A stretch of 39,008 nucleotides of DNA from Dehalococcoidales bacterium (lineage in GTDB: Bacteria > Chloroflexota > Dehalococcoidia > Dehalococcoidales > Fen-1064). Every line of letters starts with the position of its first letter. Positions within the stretch are counted from its first letter, which is position 1. Under the pieces are notes generated by a model, which was not told the DNA's origin, did not search any database, and saw nothing but the letters and a program-made list of their open reading frames with translations. The position numbers and the translations under genes were made by a program. Shown here piece by piece: positions 1 through 7,992 of the stretch. Location of the stretch: the NCBI GenBank assembly GCA_028713395.1, contig JAQTOJ010000001.1, positions 1 through 39,008 of the forward strand. Direction: 5' to 3'.

Positions 1-6
1 CGATCT

Positions 7-17
7 CCCGCGTGGGG
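7..17. repeat. 11-nt CCCGCGTGGGG, left copy of a direct repeat whose second copy is the last 11 nt of the window
   Basis: Identical 11-mer at 7-17 and 38998-39008. It lies in a short GC-rich patch (1-55) unlike the AT-rich surroundings. The flanking bases differ (CGATCT vs CGGGTG). Confidence 0.6.
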
Positions 18-177
18 TGCGGGGGACGGGTAGGGGAGACCCCCTCCATCCCACTAATAAATATATTATTTTTACTATGCGGCTCTACTGTCACAGGATA
101 ATAAGCTATTGCCCCATACTTTCTAAGCTGAAGGTTAGATTGGTCTATTCCAAGCTCTTATTTCTTACCTTAAGCTA

Positions 178-606
178 TCAAGTGATAGCCGAACTGATCT
201 CACCTGTCAGGTGATAACCATTTACCGATGTAACTTTTATCGGCATTGATTGGTTCTTGCTTCGTTTGTTCTTAAGTTGTTTTTCAGTCATGACCAAGCC
301 TACCGGATTAACTGGTATTCTTTCTTTCCATTCGTAGAGAATCCCTGCTATTGAACTATCTCCGGTCAGCATATTATCTTTTGAATATTCTTCTATTTTC
401 ATAGCGAACCAATCTAGGATAACAAGATCAAGGCAATAATCTTCACTCGACTTTTTATCACCGTGGTCTAGCAATAGTTTGCAATTATTCCACGCTATAT
501 AGAGAGGATGCTCTAATGAGATTTCGGTATTTAATGCAAATCGTGATGCTCTTTTCCAGCATCCTGCTAAGCGTTTAAATGATTTATCTGGCTCATGGAA
601 TAACAT
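178..606 (-). CDS. hypothetical protein (142 aa)
   Basis: Long ORF co-oriented with its neighbours. No motif recognised. Confidence 0.4.
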   Translation of the reverse strand: MLFHEPDKSFKRLAGCWKRASRFALNTEISLEHPLYIAWNNCKLLLDHGDKKSSEDYCLDLVILDWFAMKIEEYSKDNMLTGDSSIAGILYEWKERIPVNPVGLVMTEKQLKNKRSKNQSMPIKVTSVNGYHLTGEISSAIT

Positions 607-678
607 AGTTAGGGCCGGGGCACTCTTTTTATGGAGTGCAGCGTGACATTGCCATATCTCGCTTTTTACCCGGCATAA

Positions 679-948
679 TCATTGCTTGATTAGCGGGTTT
701 TGTATTTGTTGTTCTTTTAGCCAATCTTTGAATTGTGCGGTAGTTTCGCCATCAATGAACTGCCGCTGCCAAATAGGATATAGCGCTTTCACATCCGCTA
801 CACCTTGAGCTAATCCTGTGCCCAGTGGTGGTTGTGGCGTTACTTGAGGCTGAGCGGCGGCTAACATCATTGGGCCTGCTTGTAACGTCGTTGGTGTAAT
901 ATATTGGCTCAGATAGTCCAACATTTGCTCACCACGTTTAATTGCCAT
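679..948 (-). CDS. hypothetical protein (89 aa)
   Basis: ORF co-oriented with neighbours; its start overlaps the stop of the upstream cupin ORF. Confidence 0.4.
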   Translation of the reverse strand: MAIKRGEQMLDYLSQYITPTTLQAGPMMLAAAQPQVTPQPPLGTGLAQGVADVKALYPIWQRQFIDGETTAQFKDWLKEQQIQNPLIKQ

Positions 949-1435
949 CTGCTTTCATGTTCCTTCGTTTCTCATTTGTTTCTGCTGTCCAGTCGTCGCC
1001 GACATTGGTTGGTATGGCGCCGTTTAACCATCTCTGAAAAGACAAAAAAGATCCGCCTTTCTCACCGATTTTAGCACTGTGCCAATCTGTCTCTCTTACT
1101 CTGAACGTTCTGCCGATGCAGTTACTTATTCCTGGCATATGTGGGTGATCTTTCAAATGCTCGCTTAAACACATCAACGTAATACCATTGACATAAAATT
1201 CTATGTCGCCAGATAAATGCACATCAATGGTGTCTATGTTTGGATGTCTATGCGGCGGCAAAATAGTATTTGGAGACACCAAAAATAATTGAACTTGGTA
1301 TTCATCCTTCCTGTAAAGAACTATACCCCACACATTATCATCGAATACGATAGGCGTACTGAATGGTGTTAAGAATTGAGGATTCTCGACCCAATCCTCT
1401 TTAAACGTTTGGAGCGGGTCTGAGATTTCTGACAT
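938..1435 (-). CDS. cupin-fold protein (possible sugar isomerase/epimerase-type)
   Basis: PPHRHPNIDTIDVHLSGDIEFYVNG resembles cupin motif 1 (HxH...E...G). Adjacent to a glycosyltransferase-like gene. Confidence 0.45.
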   Translation of the reverse strand: MSEISDPLQTFKEDWVENPQFLTPFSTPIVFDDNVWGIVLYRKDEYQVQLFLVSPNTILPPHRHPNIDTIDVHLSGDIEFYVNGITLMCLSEHLKDHPHMPGISNCIGRTFRVRETDWHSAKIGEKGGSFLSFQRWLNGAIPTNVGDDWTAETNEKRRNMKADGN

Positions 1436-2009
1436 AACCTATCGCTTCATCCAGTTGTTCTTTTGTATATTTTAAGAACGTATTGCCTCCGTGAATTCTC
1501 CATTTATACCCGATGATTGGTATGTGGATCAGAGGGCCATAGTTTTGAATCTCGGCATTAAGTATTGGTTCAGGAATCATTTTTGATTTAAGAGGCATAC
1601 ACTTTTCGACAAATTCACGCTTCAATACACGAAGATGGTGCTTACCATCGGTTAGTTCCACGGGAAACCCAATATCCGTAAATGGCTTTTGGTCATGCGC
1701 CCAACCTAAACTAATGTGATTACCGTTGGTGTCTATTAACTCGTCGGTCGTATAAACACCTGAACAATTTTCGTTTTCCTCTAATACTTCAATGCATTTA
1801 GCAAAGGTTCCAGGTATTACAACGTCGTCTGGATCAACCCACGCAACGTACTTCTCAATTCCTTTGCTAAATCCGTTCTCTCTAGCCTTCGCTAAATCTC
1901 CAATAACGGCATCAACCATGTGTATTTTAATTGGCTCATTTTCTAATGAGCGTAAACATTCATCAAGCCACGTATTTGTCCATGAGATTATATGCACATC
2001 TACTCGCAT
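1401..2009 (-). CDS. glycosyltransferase-like protein (GT-A/GT2-like)
   Basis: The N-terminal beta strand VHIISWTN and the WVDPDD (DxD-like) motif are typical of GT-A folds. ATG at 2009. Confidence 0.45.
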   Translation of the reverse strand: MRVDVHIISWTNTWLDECLRSLENEPIKIHMVDAVIGDLAKARENGFSKGIEKYVAWVDPDDVVIPGTFAKCIEVLEENENCSGVYTTDELIDTNGNHISLGWAHDQKPFTDIGFPVELTDGKHHLRVLKREFVEKCMPLKSKMIPEPILNAEIQNYGPLIHIPIIGYKWRIHGGNTFLKYTKEQLDEAIGYVRNLRPAPNV

Positions 2010-2515
2010 GGCCGCTCGATGTAAGAAAGTGTTACCGATCCGTATTTTTTAGTTAACGCATTGTACCCAACGTATGGCAACTCGCCTATCACAATAAAAC
2101 CCAATCGTGAAATATACCGAACGGCATGTTTATACTCACTTGGAGTGACGCCGGTAAGAATATCAAGCAAGTGTTTTCCGTATTTATTTTTTATTGAAAA
2201 CCAGCAATCAATGGCACGCCTACCAAGAGATTGAGAATATCTCCCCCAAAATTCCCTAAATATACAAAAATGTGGTGAGGCATGGTTATCGTATAAGGCA
2301 TTAACCCAAGCAACACCAGCTAACCTTCGATCCACAAAGCCAAATAAGGCAAAATTATTCTTCTCCTTAATTAATTGCCTAAAATCTTCCTCTGTCTTTA
2401 TAGTTCCATCATAAAAGACAATATGATATAGATTGTCTTTAATAATTGTTTTAAATGTTTCTTCTATTACTTCGTCAGAAATAGCATTTTCTGAATACGG
2501 CAAAATCTCTATCAT
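2000..2515 (-). CDS. GNAT-like acyltransferase, paralogue A (paralogue B at 23375-23935)
   Basis: The segment AWVN..NHA..HF..F.E.WGR...LG..AI..WF...GITPSEYK..R.I..GF is shared with ORF 23375-23935. The WGR..x..G..A pattern resembles GNAT motif A. Confidence 0.45.
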   Translation of the reverse strand: MIEILPYSENAISDEVIEETFKTIIKDNLYHIVFYDGTIKTEEDFRQLIKEKNNFALFGFVDRRLAGVAWVNALYDNHASPHFCIFREFWGRYSQSLGRRAIDCWFSIKNKYGKHLLDILTGVTPSEYKHAVRYISRLGFIVIGELPYVGYNALTKKYGSVTLSYIERPCE

Positions 2516-2523
2516 TTCGCCTC

Positions 2524-2551
2524 TTGCAAAATACTACATTTGGTGTATGGT
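2524..2551 (+). promoter_or_regulatory. sigma70-like promoter candidate for the plus-strand accessory (moron) pair
   Basis: TTGCAA (2524-2529), a 16-nt spacer, then TATGGT (2546-2551), in the divergent intergenic region upstream of 2683. Confidence 0.3.
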
Positions 2552-2682
2552 TAATGTATGTCGATAAAACTGTTTAAATGCTTACGATGTGCCTACGTAT
2601 GGGCTAGCCGAAAAACTAACCCAATTACATGCGCCAATCCAAAGTGCCGATCTACAGTATGGGCAAAACCAAAGAAATCAAA

Positions 2683-2949
2683 ATGAGATATTTATTATTA
2701 TTCCTTATGTTATCTTTCAATGCTCATGCTGATTGTCAATGGCGTTGGGATTGCACATCTGGAAATTGCGAACAAATACCAGTCTGCCAGTCTTTCTTAG
2801 ACTTCGTACCGACCGCACCACTACAACTTCCACCAAAAGTTAAACCAGCTAGGATAGTAAACAATCACAATAATATTTGGACTATGCAATGTGCTCAACG
2901 TAAATTCTGCAATTACAAAGAATGTACTTTAGAAAACATATGCAACTAA
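2683..2949 (+). CDS. small secreted cysteine-rich protein
   Basis: The internal ATG at 2683 gives MRYLLLFLMLSFNAHA, a signal-peptide-like N-terminus, followed by 8 Cys in ~70 aa. Confidence 0.5.
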   Translation: MRYLLLFLMLSFNAHADCQWRWDCTSGNCEQIPVCQSFLDFVPTAPLQLPPKVKPARIVNNHNNIWTMQCAQRKFCNYKECTLENICN

Positions 2950-3242
2950 CTAAAAACAATGACTTTGCTGAATTTTTAGTCGGTATAGCCAGCATTATTA
3001 TTATGGCTAGTGTCGCTACAGCAATTCTGAGTGCGGTTTTCCAAATTTATGTATTTTTATACAAAGGCGTATGGATTGGCCTAACTGTAAAAGATGCACT
3101 GACATTTCTTCATGTATTAAATAATGACTACGAGACAACTGTTTATTTAATAAAAGAACTGCTTAATTCATCGGCAATTTTTGGGTCATTGCTGATCGGA
3201 ACAATGGCAATCGGTATTGCAGATTTATTTAATAAAAATTAA
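2922..3242 (+). CDS. small membrane protein (about 3 predicted hydrophobic helices)
   Basis: Hydrophobic stretches FLVGIASIIIMASVATAILSAVF, and AIFGSLLIGTMAIGIA. The start could instead be ATG 2940. Confidence 0.45.
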   Translation: MYFRKHMQLTKNNDFAEFLVGIASIIIMASVATAILSAVFQIYVFLYKGVWIGLTVKDALTFLHVLNNDYETTVYLIKELLNSSAIFGSLLIGTMAIGIADLFNKN

Positions 3243-3317
3243 GGGCGAGCGAGACCGCAATTGATGTAACTATTTAGCATATTTTCAGGTAATTGCAAGA
3301 TGTTTTGTAAAAGATCG

Positions 3318-3875
3318 TCAAGACATCCTTTTCTTCAAAGCTCCAGCCAGCAAATCCTCATACAAACTAATCGTAATCTGTGTTATTTCACGATATAGCT
3401 TAGCCCAACTTAGGCTGTATGACTGCTTAGAAATCTCTAGGAGCCGAGCACGATCATTATCACGCCATTTTTTATCCCCATAACCATCACATGCGCCACA
3501 AACTATTCTAGGGGCATTATCAGGCAATATTTCCCCTACCCCCCAGCATACTGTACACACATCATTATGCGTTGCCTCGATCAATGCCATCTGGCACAGA
3601 TTTAATATCCAATCTGGTCTTGGTATTTTTTTCTTCGCGATGGCCGGTAAATCCAAAAATACTTTCCGACGCATCAAATATGTTAAGTCTTCTGAGAATT
3701 CATGTTGCTCACAATACTTAACTCTCGCATAAAGAACGACTGCTTCATTTTTTATGATACCAAGGATATGAGCAATGTCCTGTGCTGTGTATTTCGGTTT
3801 TCCTCCTGGCGCCAACGCAAAGTGCTGCACTTTAGCAGTCAATTTTCCTAGCAATTCCCGTGAATCCTTATGCAA
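3318..3875 (-). CDS. lambda-Q-like late antiterminator
   Basis: CTVCWGVGE...CGACDGYGDKKW...W..LY follows the CxxCxGxG...CxxCxGxG zinc-finger and tail pattern of lambda Q. It sits at the end of a Nin-like region. Confidence 0.55.
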   Translation of the reverse strand: MHKDSRELLGKLTAKVQHFALAPGGKPKYTAQDIAHILGIIKNEAVVLYARVKYCEQHEFSEDLTYLMRRKVFLDLPAIAKKKIPRPDWILNLCQMALIEATHNDVCTVCWGVGEILPDNAPRIVCGACDGYGDKKWRDNDRARLLEISKQSYSLSWAKLYREITQITISLYEDLLAGALKKRMS

Positions 3876-4098
3876 TGGTTTTCTCCTTTATGGAGCGCTC
3901 AATATATTTCACTCTAGACATTATCTTATCTATTTGAATATAGTTAGGAAATGTTTCGCTTACTTGTTTCCTTAAACTTTTAGGTGTTTGCAATAACTTC
4001 CACACATAATACCTGAATTGCTTGCTATACCTCTTACGCATCGCATAGGATTGTTCTGGCCCTAGTTTATATTCGTACCATTCATTCACTTTTAACAA
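3868..4098 (-). CDS. hypothetical protein (76 aa)
   Basis: ORF overlapping both neighbours by a few codons, as in a coupled operon. Confidence 0.4.
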   Translation of the reverse strand: MLKVNEWYEYKLGPEQSYAMRKRYSKQFRYYVWKLLQTPKSLRKQVSETFPNYIQIDKIMSRVKYIERSIKEKTIA

Positions 4099-4450
4099 AT
4101 CTCGTCGGATAGAGTAATTTTTCTAACATATCGTACACACCACCTTTTTTAATCATCTCAGGTGTGGCGCGGAGCACAAACCAACCAAACATAATGGCAT
4201 TATTATATTTATCTAAATCCACTTCGTAACCTTTCCCTCTCGTGTGCCTTCCATTAGTCCAGATTCCACCCTCTTGTTCTAATGCTATTTTCTTTTCCGG
4301 CCATGCATAATCAAAACGCCATTTACGTGTAGGATGAAATTTATATTCTTTCTCCACCCCTGGAAATAACTTTTTAAGTACGGCGTCGTTTAGCATTAGA
4401 AATCTTGATGTTTTTAAGTGCGCTCGTTCTCTTCTCGTAACATGAATCAC
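4082..4450 (-). CDS. PD-(D/E)XK (Vsr/DUF559-like) nuclease candidate
   Basis: WRFDYAWPEKKIALEQEGGIW..GRH......D..KYN.A...GW.VLR matches the D...E-x-E/K core of restriction-endonuclease-like folds. The start is uncertain (GTG 4450 or ATG 4396). Confidence 0.45.
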   Translation of the reverse strand: MIHVTRRERAHLKTSRFLMLNDAVLKKLFPGVEKEYKFHPTRKWRFDYAWPEKKIALEQEGGIWTNGRHTRGKGYEVDLDKYNNAIMFGWFVLRATPEMIKKGGVYDMLEKLLYPTRFVKSE

Positions 4451-4540
4451 ACAAATAACGTTTTATACCAATGCTATTAATAATATATTTAGCAGCAAAC
4501 TGCCCGCACTTGCCCTTTGTTGAGAGATTTTGACAGACTG

Positions 4541-4858
4541 TCATTCTGACTTTATCAATCCTTTTTTATAAAGCCGTAACCATGTTTTTTTCATGGCGGC
4601 ATTGAAGTTAATACTTTTTGCTTCACGTGTTAAATGCTTTCCGTAATCGTATTCGTAGTGATGTGTATTACACAAGAAAGCGATAAATAGATCATGTGAT
4701 TTCTTGCCGATGCCTCGACCGGCATTTTGCTCGTTACAATGGGCTGCTACAATCGTTCTATCATCGGCGCCGCAACCTGGCCATGTACAGACTTCACCCT
4801 CAGCGGCTGCTAACCACTTCGGCATTAAAATTCTGGATTGCTTAAAGTTTTCTAGCAT
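4541..4858 (-). CDS. YbcO/DUF1364-like nuclease candidate
   Basis: The pattern C..PGC......VAAH......G.G.K..D.....LC..HH..D resembles E. coli prophage YbcO. It lies in the Nin region next to ninB. Confidence 0.5.
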   Translation of the reverse strand: MLENFKQSRILMPKWLAAAEGEVCTWPGCGADDRTIVAAHCNEQNAGRGIGKKSHDLFIAFLCNTHHYEYDYGKHLTREAKSINFNAAMKKTWLRLYKKGLIKSE

Positions 4859-5253
4859 TTCTCATAGCGATCATCAACGAAACGTACAGAATGGTCAACG
4901 GCCCAGGCTTCTATTTGCTGGCAATAATCAGAAAATTCTATGGTATTTAATATTGTAGTTGTTTTAGCGATAAACTCTATCTCATCATCAATAACGATTG
5001 TGTCCTTGCCAATGAATTTGGCTTTAAAATATTCATGCCAAGTTTCTGGAGAATACTGCTTTCCTTCTTCGTCTTTAATCTGTTCCGATATGTCGGAAAG
5101 AATGGCCCACATCCTGGAATTCTGTTCTGTAGTGCGATTTTTCTTGTATTCTTTTATCGTTATTTGCCAGCGTCTTTCTAGAGGTAGTTTTCTTATTGCC
5201 TCTACACAATAATTGGCACTAACAGAATCGTGGACAACAAAAGAATGTTTCAC
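4852..5253 (-). CDS. ninB: NinB-like recombination protein
   Basis: NRTTEQNSRMWAILSDISEQI matches the lambda NinB signature R(S/T)xxQNxxxWAxLxDxSxQ. Similar size (133 aa). Confidence 0.65.
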   Translation of the reverse strand: MKHSFVVHDSVSANYCVEAIRKLPLERRWQITIKEYKKNRTTEQNSRMWAILSDISEQIKDEEGKQYSPETWHEYFKAKFIGKDTIVIDDEIEFIAKTTTILNTIEFSDYCQQIEAWAVDHSVRFVDDRYEKC

Positions 5254-5525
5254 TTTTTACGCTTCCTAAGCCAATCGTAGGTAAATAGTCCAGCAATCAG
5301 CACCACATAAGCACCTGCTAATAGAACACCGATAGCGCCGAGAGTTTGGGCTAGTTCTTTCACTGTTTCAATTCTACAGACATACCATGTACCCCTATAG
5401 CCACCCTGTCCATTGCGTTCGTCTAGCCTAACGGAAAGTCGGTTATTTGGTGTTTTAACCACTCCCAACCCTGCTCGATAAGCACTGTACCGCAACCTAC
5501 CAGCGTCATGCCCACGGCAAAACAT
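5250..5525 (-). CDS. small protein with C-terminal transmembrane helix
   Basis: LGAIGVLLAGAYVVLIAGLF followed by a basic tail. The N-terminal extent is uncertain. Confidence 0.35.
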   Translation of the reverse strand: MFCRGHDAGRLRYSAYRAGLGVVKTPNNRLSVRLDERNGQGGYRGTWYVCRIETVKELAQTLGAIGVLLAGAYVVLIAGLFTYDWLRKRKK

Positions 5526-5550
5526 CCAAATAACGCCATACCCTTCAGAA

Positions 5551-5895
5551 CTACCATACTTTCCCCCGTCGGTACCACTGCTCTTTTAACAGGAAGACCT
5601 TCAACGGCTGTTTGGAGTAATCCGTGCACTCCAAGGTTTGAGCTTCTATCACCGTAGCCTTACCATTCGCTACTAATTCCGCTATCGCCAAGCGCTCTCG
5701 TTTTGCTACTCGTTTCCAGCCATCGAATCCGGTCGAATAACACACGGTTTGGTCTTCGTAGATCACGTTCGATTTTTCGATCGTTATTTCTTTTTTATTC
5801 ATTTCCCAAGGCACCATTGCAAAACCAATAGCGATGAGCAAAATAGAGCCTAGATAGACCAATACGCTGGATTTCATTTCCACAACCGTGGGCAT
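5551..5895 (-). CDS. membrane-anchored protein (N-terminal TM)
   Basis: VLVYLGSILLIAIGFAMV near the N-terminus. Confidence 0.4.
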   Translation of the reverse strand: MPTVVEMKSSVLVYLGSILLIAIGFAMVPWEMNKKEITIEKSNVIYEDQTVCYSTGFDGWKRVAKRERLAIAELVANGKATVIEAQTLECTDYSKQPLKVFLLKEQWYRRGKVW

Positions 5896-6080
5896 TCTTT
5901 GGCGGTGTCGTTTAGATCACTGTCGCTCGGATAATGCCGTAACGCTCGCTGCATTCTCTCGATAATGTTTTTGTCTATCAAGATTCGTTGCCCACGTGAA
6001 CCTACCAAACTCACGACAGCATCGTAGGCCGCATCGCGTAGGTTCTTTACCGCATTGGTACGCTCTACTGGGATGGTCAT
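5874..6080 (-). CDS. hypothetical protein (68 aa)
   Basis: ORF in the operon with start/stop overlaps. Confidence 0.4.
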   Translation of the reverse strand: MTIPVERTNAVKNLRDAAYDAVVSLVGSRGQRILIDKNIIERMQRALRHYPSDSDLNDTAKECPRLWK

Positions 6081-6274
6081 TTTAATTTATCCACTTGATC
6101 GTCGAAACGAACATCCATTTTTAAACATTCTTCCCACAGTTCTAAAAACTGTTTTGGATTTAGTTTTCGTAGCTTCTCGTAACGCTCGTAACCCTTCATA
6201 AAAACCAAGTATTCATGTTTAAATAGCTTTAAAAGCAAATCCTTTTCATCCTTGTTTAAATTTAACGTTGTCAT
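6077..6274 (-). CDS. hypothetical protein (65 aa)
   Basis: ORF whose stop (6077-6079) overlaps the ATG (6080) of the downstream gene in an ATGA arrangement. Confidence 0.45.
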   Translation of the reverse strand: MTTLNLNKDEKDLLLKLFKHEYLVFMKGYERYEKLRKLNPKQFLELWEECLKMDVRFDDQVDKLK

Positions 6275-6288
6275 ACTATTATTTTATT

Positions 6289-6858
6289 TTAATTACCTTC
6301 GCCTGCGGGAAATGCGATCTTACCTTGTCCACTATTTCTGCTATCCAGGGATGCTTTAACCTGTTTGCTGCCGCAGACTCGGATAAAGTATTCGTAGGGA
6401 GTTTCGTCTTTGAGCTTTGGGACGGGTTTTGTTTTGTAAGCTTCGCGTAGTCGATTAAGCCCGGTATCGCCTTCATTGCAGAACTCCTTGCTGTAGTGCC
6501 AGGCACAATATTGTTTTTCATTTACTTTAACAACACCGTCGTGCTTACATTGTGAGCAGGGTTCTTTGTAGTGATAGTGCGGTTTCTTTTCTTCTATTTC
6601 TTGAAACTCATCTAACCAGCACTGCCCATTAATCCACGTACTCGGTGCTTTCCAATCTGGGCAAAACTGGTTATTTCGGTGGAGCTGTTTTCGGTGTCGC
6701 ACTTGTGCATCTACCGATAACACTATCTTCATGATTAAAGGTTCTTGGTCTTCAAGGGAAACATCTTTAAAGGCTTTCTCGAATGCTCGTCGTGCTTGGC
6801 CTTTTCCTTTCTTGTTTGGATAACAGGACCAGAAACGCTCGAAATAATTGTCATTCAT
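6289..6858 (-). CDS. conserved-looking phage protein, Cys-rich C-terminal half, function unknown
   Basis: The N-terminal FERFWSCYPNKKGKGQARRAFEKAF motif is common in phage early proteins. There are several CxxC-like pairs. Confidence 0.5.
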   Translation of the reverse strand: MNDNYFERFWSCYPNKKGKGQARRAFEKAFKDVSLEDQEPLIMKIVLSVDAQVRHRKQLHRNNQFCPDWKAPSTWINGQCWLDEFQEIEEKKPHYHYKEPCSQCKHDGVVKVNEKQYCAWHYSKEFCNEGDTGLNRLREAYKTKPVPKLKDETPYEYFIRVCGSKQVKASLDSRNSGQGKIAFPAGEGN

Positions 6859-6859
6859 T

Positions 6860-7069
6860 TTAATTACCAGGAAAAACTAGATACGTTTGTGATGGCACAT
6901 CTGGTCGCTTATCATGTATCCATCCATCTGAACGTGGAAAACTTAATTCCTTTAACTCAATTTTTGTTTCTTTAGGATCCAGAAGACAATATTCGCTATA
7001 GATTTTAAAAGCTATGGGCATTTTTGATGGGTAATCTTTTAGAAAATCAATAAGTTCACTTACCGTCAT
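6860..7069 (-). CDS. hypothetical protein (69 aa from ATG 7069); possibly the 3' exon of a split gene
   Basis: ATG 7069 is preceded by AAAGGAGACTGGTT. The frame stays open upstream to 7120, through the end of the RNA element. Confidence 0.45.
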   Translation of the reverse strand: MTVSELIDFLKDYPSKMPIAFKIYSEYCLLDPKETKIELKELSFPRSDGWIHDKRPDVPSQTYLVFPGN

Positions 7070-7533
7070 AACCAGTCTCCTTTGGGCATAAGCCCGTAAC
7101 CCGTGACTACCGCCGCCCATAGGGCTTTGGATCGGGTGATGTCGTTAACGCTCTGCTTACCAGGTGCCCATATCGTTGGCCAGACGCTCCGCCCCTGCAC
7201 TTCTCGGTGTGCAGGTACCATGCGGTAGTAGACAGCATAAAGTCTTACCTGTATCGGTAGAGGTATTGCGCTAAACTTCCTCTACACCCCGGGTCAGGGC
7301 CTATAGATCCACTATAATCGTTGCGCTTTTCTTTCATGCAGCCACGCAAGGGGGCCAGAATTCTATCGTGTGAAGTACGGCGACTTGTATTCGGGAGAAA
7401 GATTTGAGATATAATGAAAGTATCAATCCCGTCGTGTTCGCAAACCGACGATGCCTGATTAGCGCAATGCTGTCAAGCCCTAAATGCCTAACTTTAATCG
7501 GTTGGGCATTTTTGTAAGTGAACCGAGAAATTC
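7070..7533 (-). ncRNA. group-I-intron-like RNA core (minus sense)
   Basis: A ~460-nt non-coding, GC-richer island. P3 GACAGC (7474-7469) pairs with GCTGTC (7236-7231). P4 TTGCGC (7467-7462) pairs with GCGCAA (7326-7321). P6 GTAGAGG (7285-7279) pairs with CCTCTAC (7263-7257). P7 is an R-like TAAGACT (7247-7241) with GACT/AGTC (7107-7104). The order and spacing follow group I topology. Confidence 0.5.
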
Positions 7534-7992
7534 TCATTTATTGATCCTAGCAAATTCGCCATGTAATTTTATTGCTTTGGCGTCATAAGCTTTTGCAGCT
7601 TCAATTAAATTTGCAAAAGTTCCAATGTAATATTTCTCTCCGTTGTATTTAATCTCCGCCCGCCATTTTTTTCTATACCAATAAACTCCTTTGTATCCTG
7701 ATTTATTAATCTTGCTTATTTTTCTGTTCCTTAAATTCTCGGCCTTAGTGCAAACCCTGAGATTAATCTTTCTATTATCGAGACCATTACCATTTATATG
7801 GTCTACTTGAATTCCTTTTTTAGCATTCAAGATAAGCCGGTGTAAGTAAATGGCCTTCTTGTTAACCGAAGCCCTAACGTAACGTATTTCTGTATTTTGG
7901 TTATATTGTATTATCCAGCGATAACCTTCGACTTTGTTCAAATCTTCTTCGTCTATGAAGACAGATTGATTTTTAATTTTAATTACGGCCAT
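7534..7992 (-). CDS. HNH homing endonuclease with AP2-type DNA-binding domain
   Basis: VDHINGNGLDNRKINLRVCTKAENLRN is an HNH motif. YKGVYWYRKKWRAEIKYNGEKYYIGTFANLIEAAKAYDAKAIKLHGEFA is an AP2 domain. ATG at 7992. Confidence 0.85.
   Translation of the reverse strand: MAVIKIKNQSVFIDEEDLNKVEGYRWIIQYNQNTEIRYVRASVNKKAIYLHRLILNAKKGIQVDHINGNGLDNRKINLRVCTKAENLRNRKISKINKSGYKGVYWYRKKWRAEIKYNGEKYYIGTFANLIEAAKAYDAKAIKLHGEFARINK

Noticed and set aside
1-25. Possible 3' fragment of a tRNA gene (CGATC-TCCCG-CGTGGGG resembling a T-loop/T-stem/acceptor) that would explain the terminal repeat as an att core
   Set aside because: Position 61 would be T rather than the near-invariant C, the implied 5' acceptor strand would start with CCCC, and there is no CCA. 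This is not supportable from the sequence.
17-214. Plus-strand 65-aa ORF at the left end
   Set aside because: It crosses the GC-rich terminal patch, has no SD, and overlaps the end of the minus-strand gene. It is likely spurious.
5423-5629. 68-aa minus-strand ORF
   Set aside because: It overlaps both better-supported neighbours (5250-5525 and 5551-5895) in a different frame.
6279-6521. 80-aa minus-strand ORF
   Set aside because: It lies entirely inside the 189-aa ORF 6289-6858 in another frame.
7484-7514. Plus-strand intrinsic terminator (ATGCCTAAC...GTTGGGCAT followed by TTTTT)
   Set aside because: There is no plus-strand gene or promoter upstream. The hairpin more probably belongs to the minus-sense RNA (a P2-like stem) or acts as a weak bidirectional stop after the HNH gene.
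7334-7537. 67-aa minus-strand ORF downstream of the HNH-AP2 gene
   Set aside because: It lies wholly in the helix-rich group-I-like core, has no SD, and has a non-protein-like composition.
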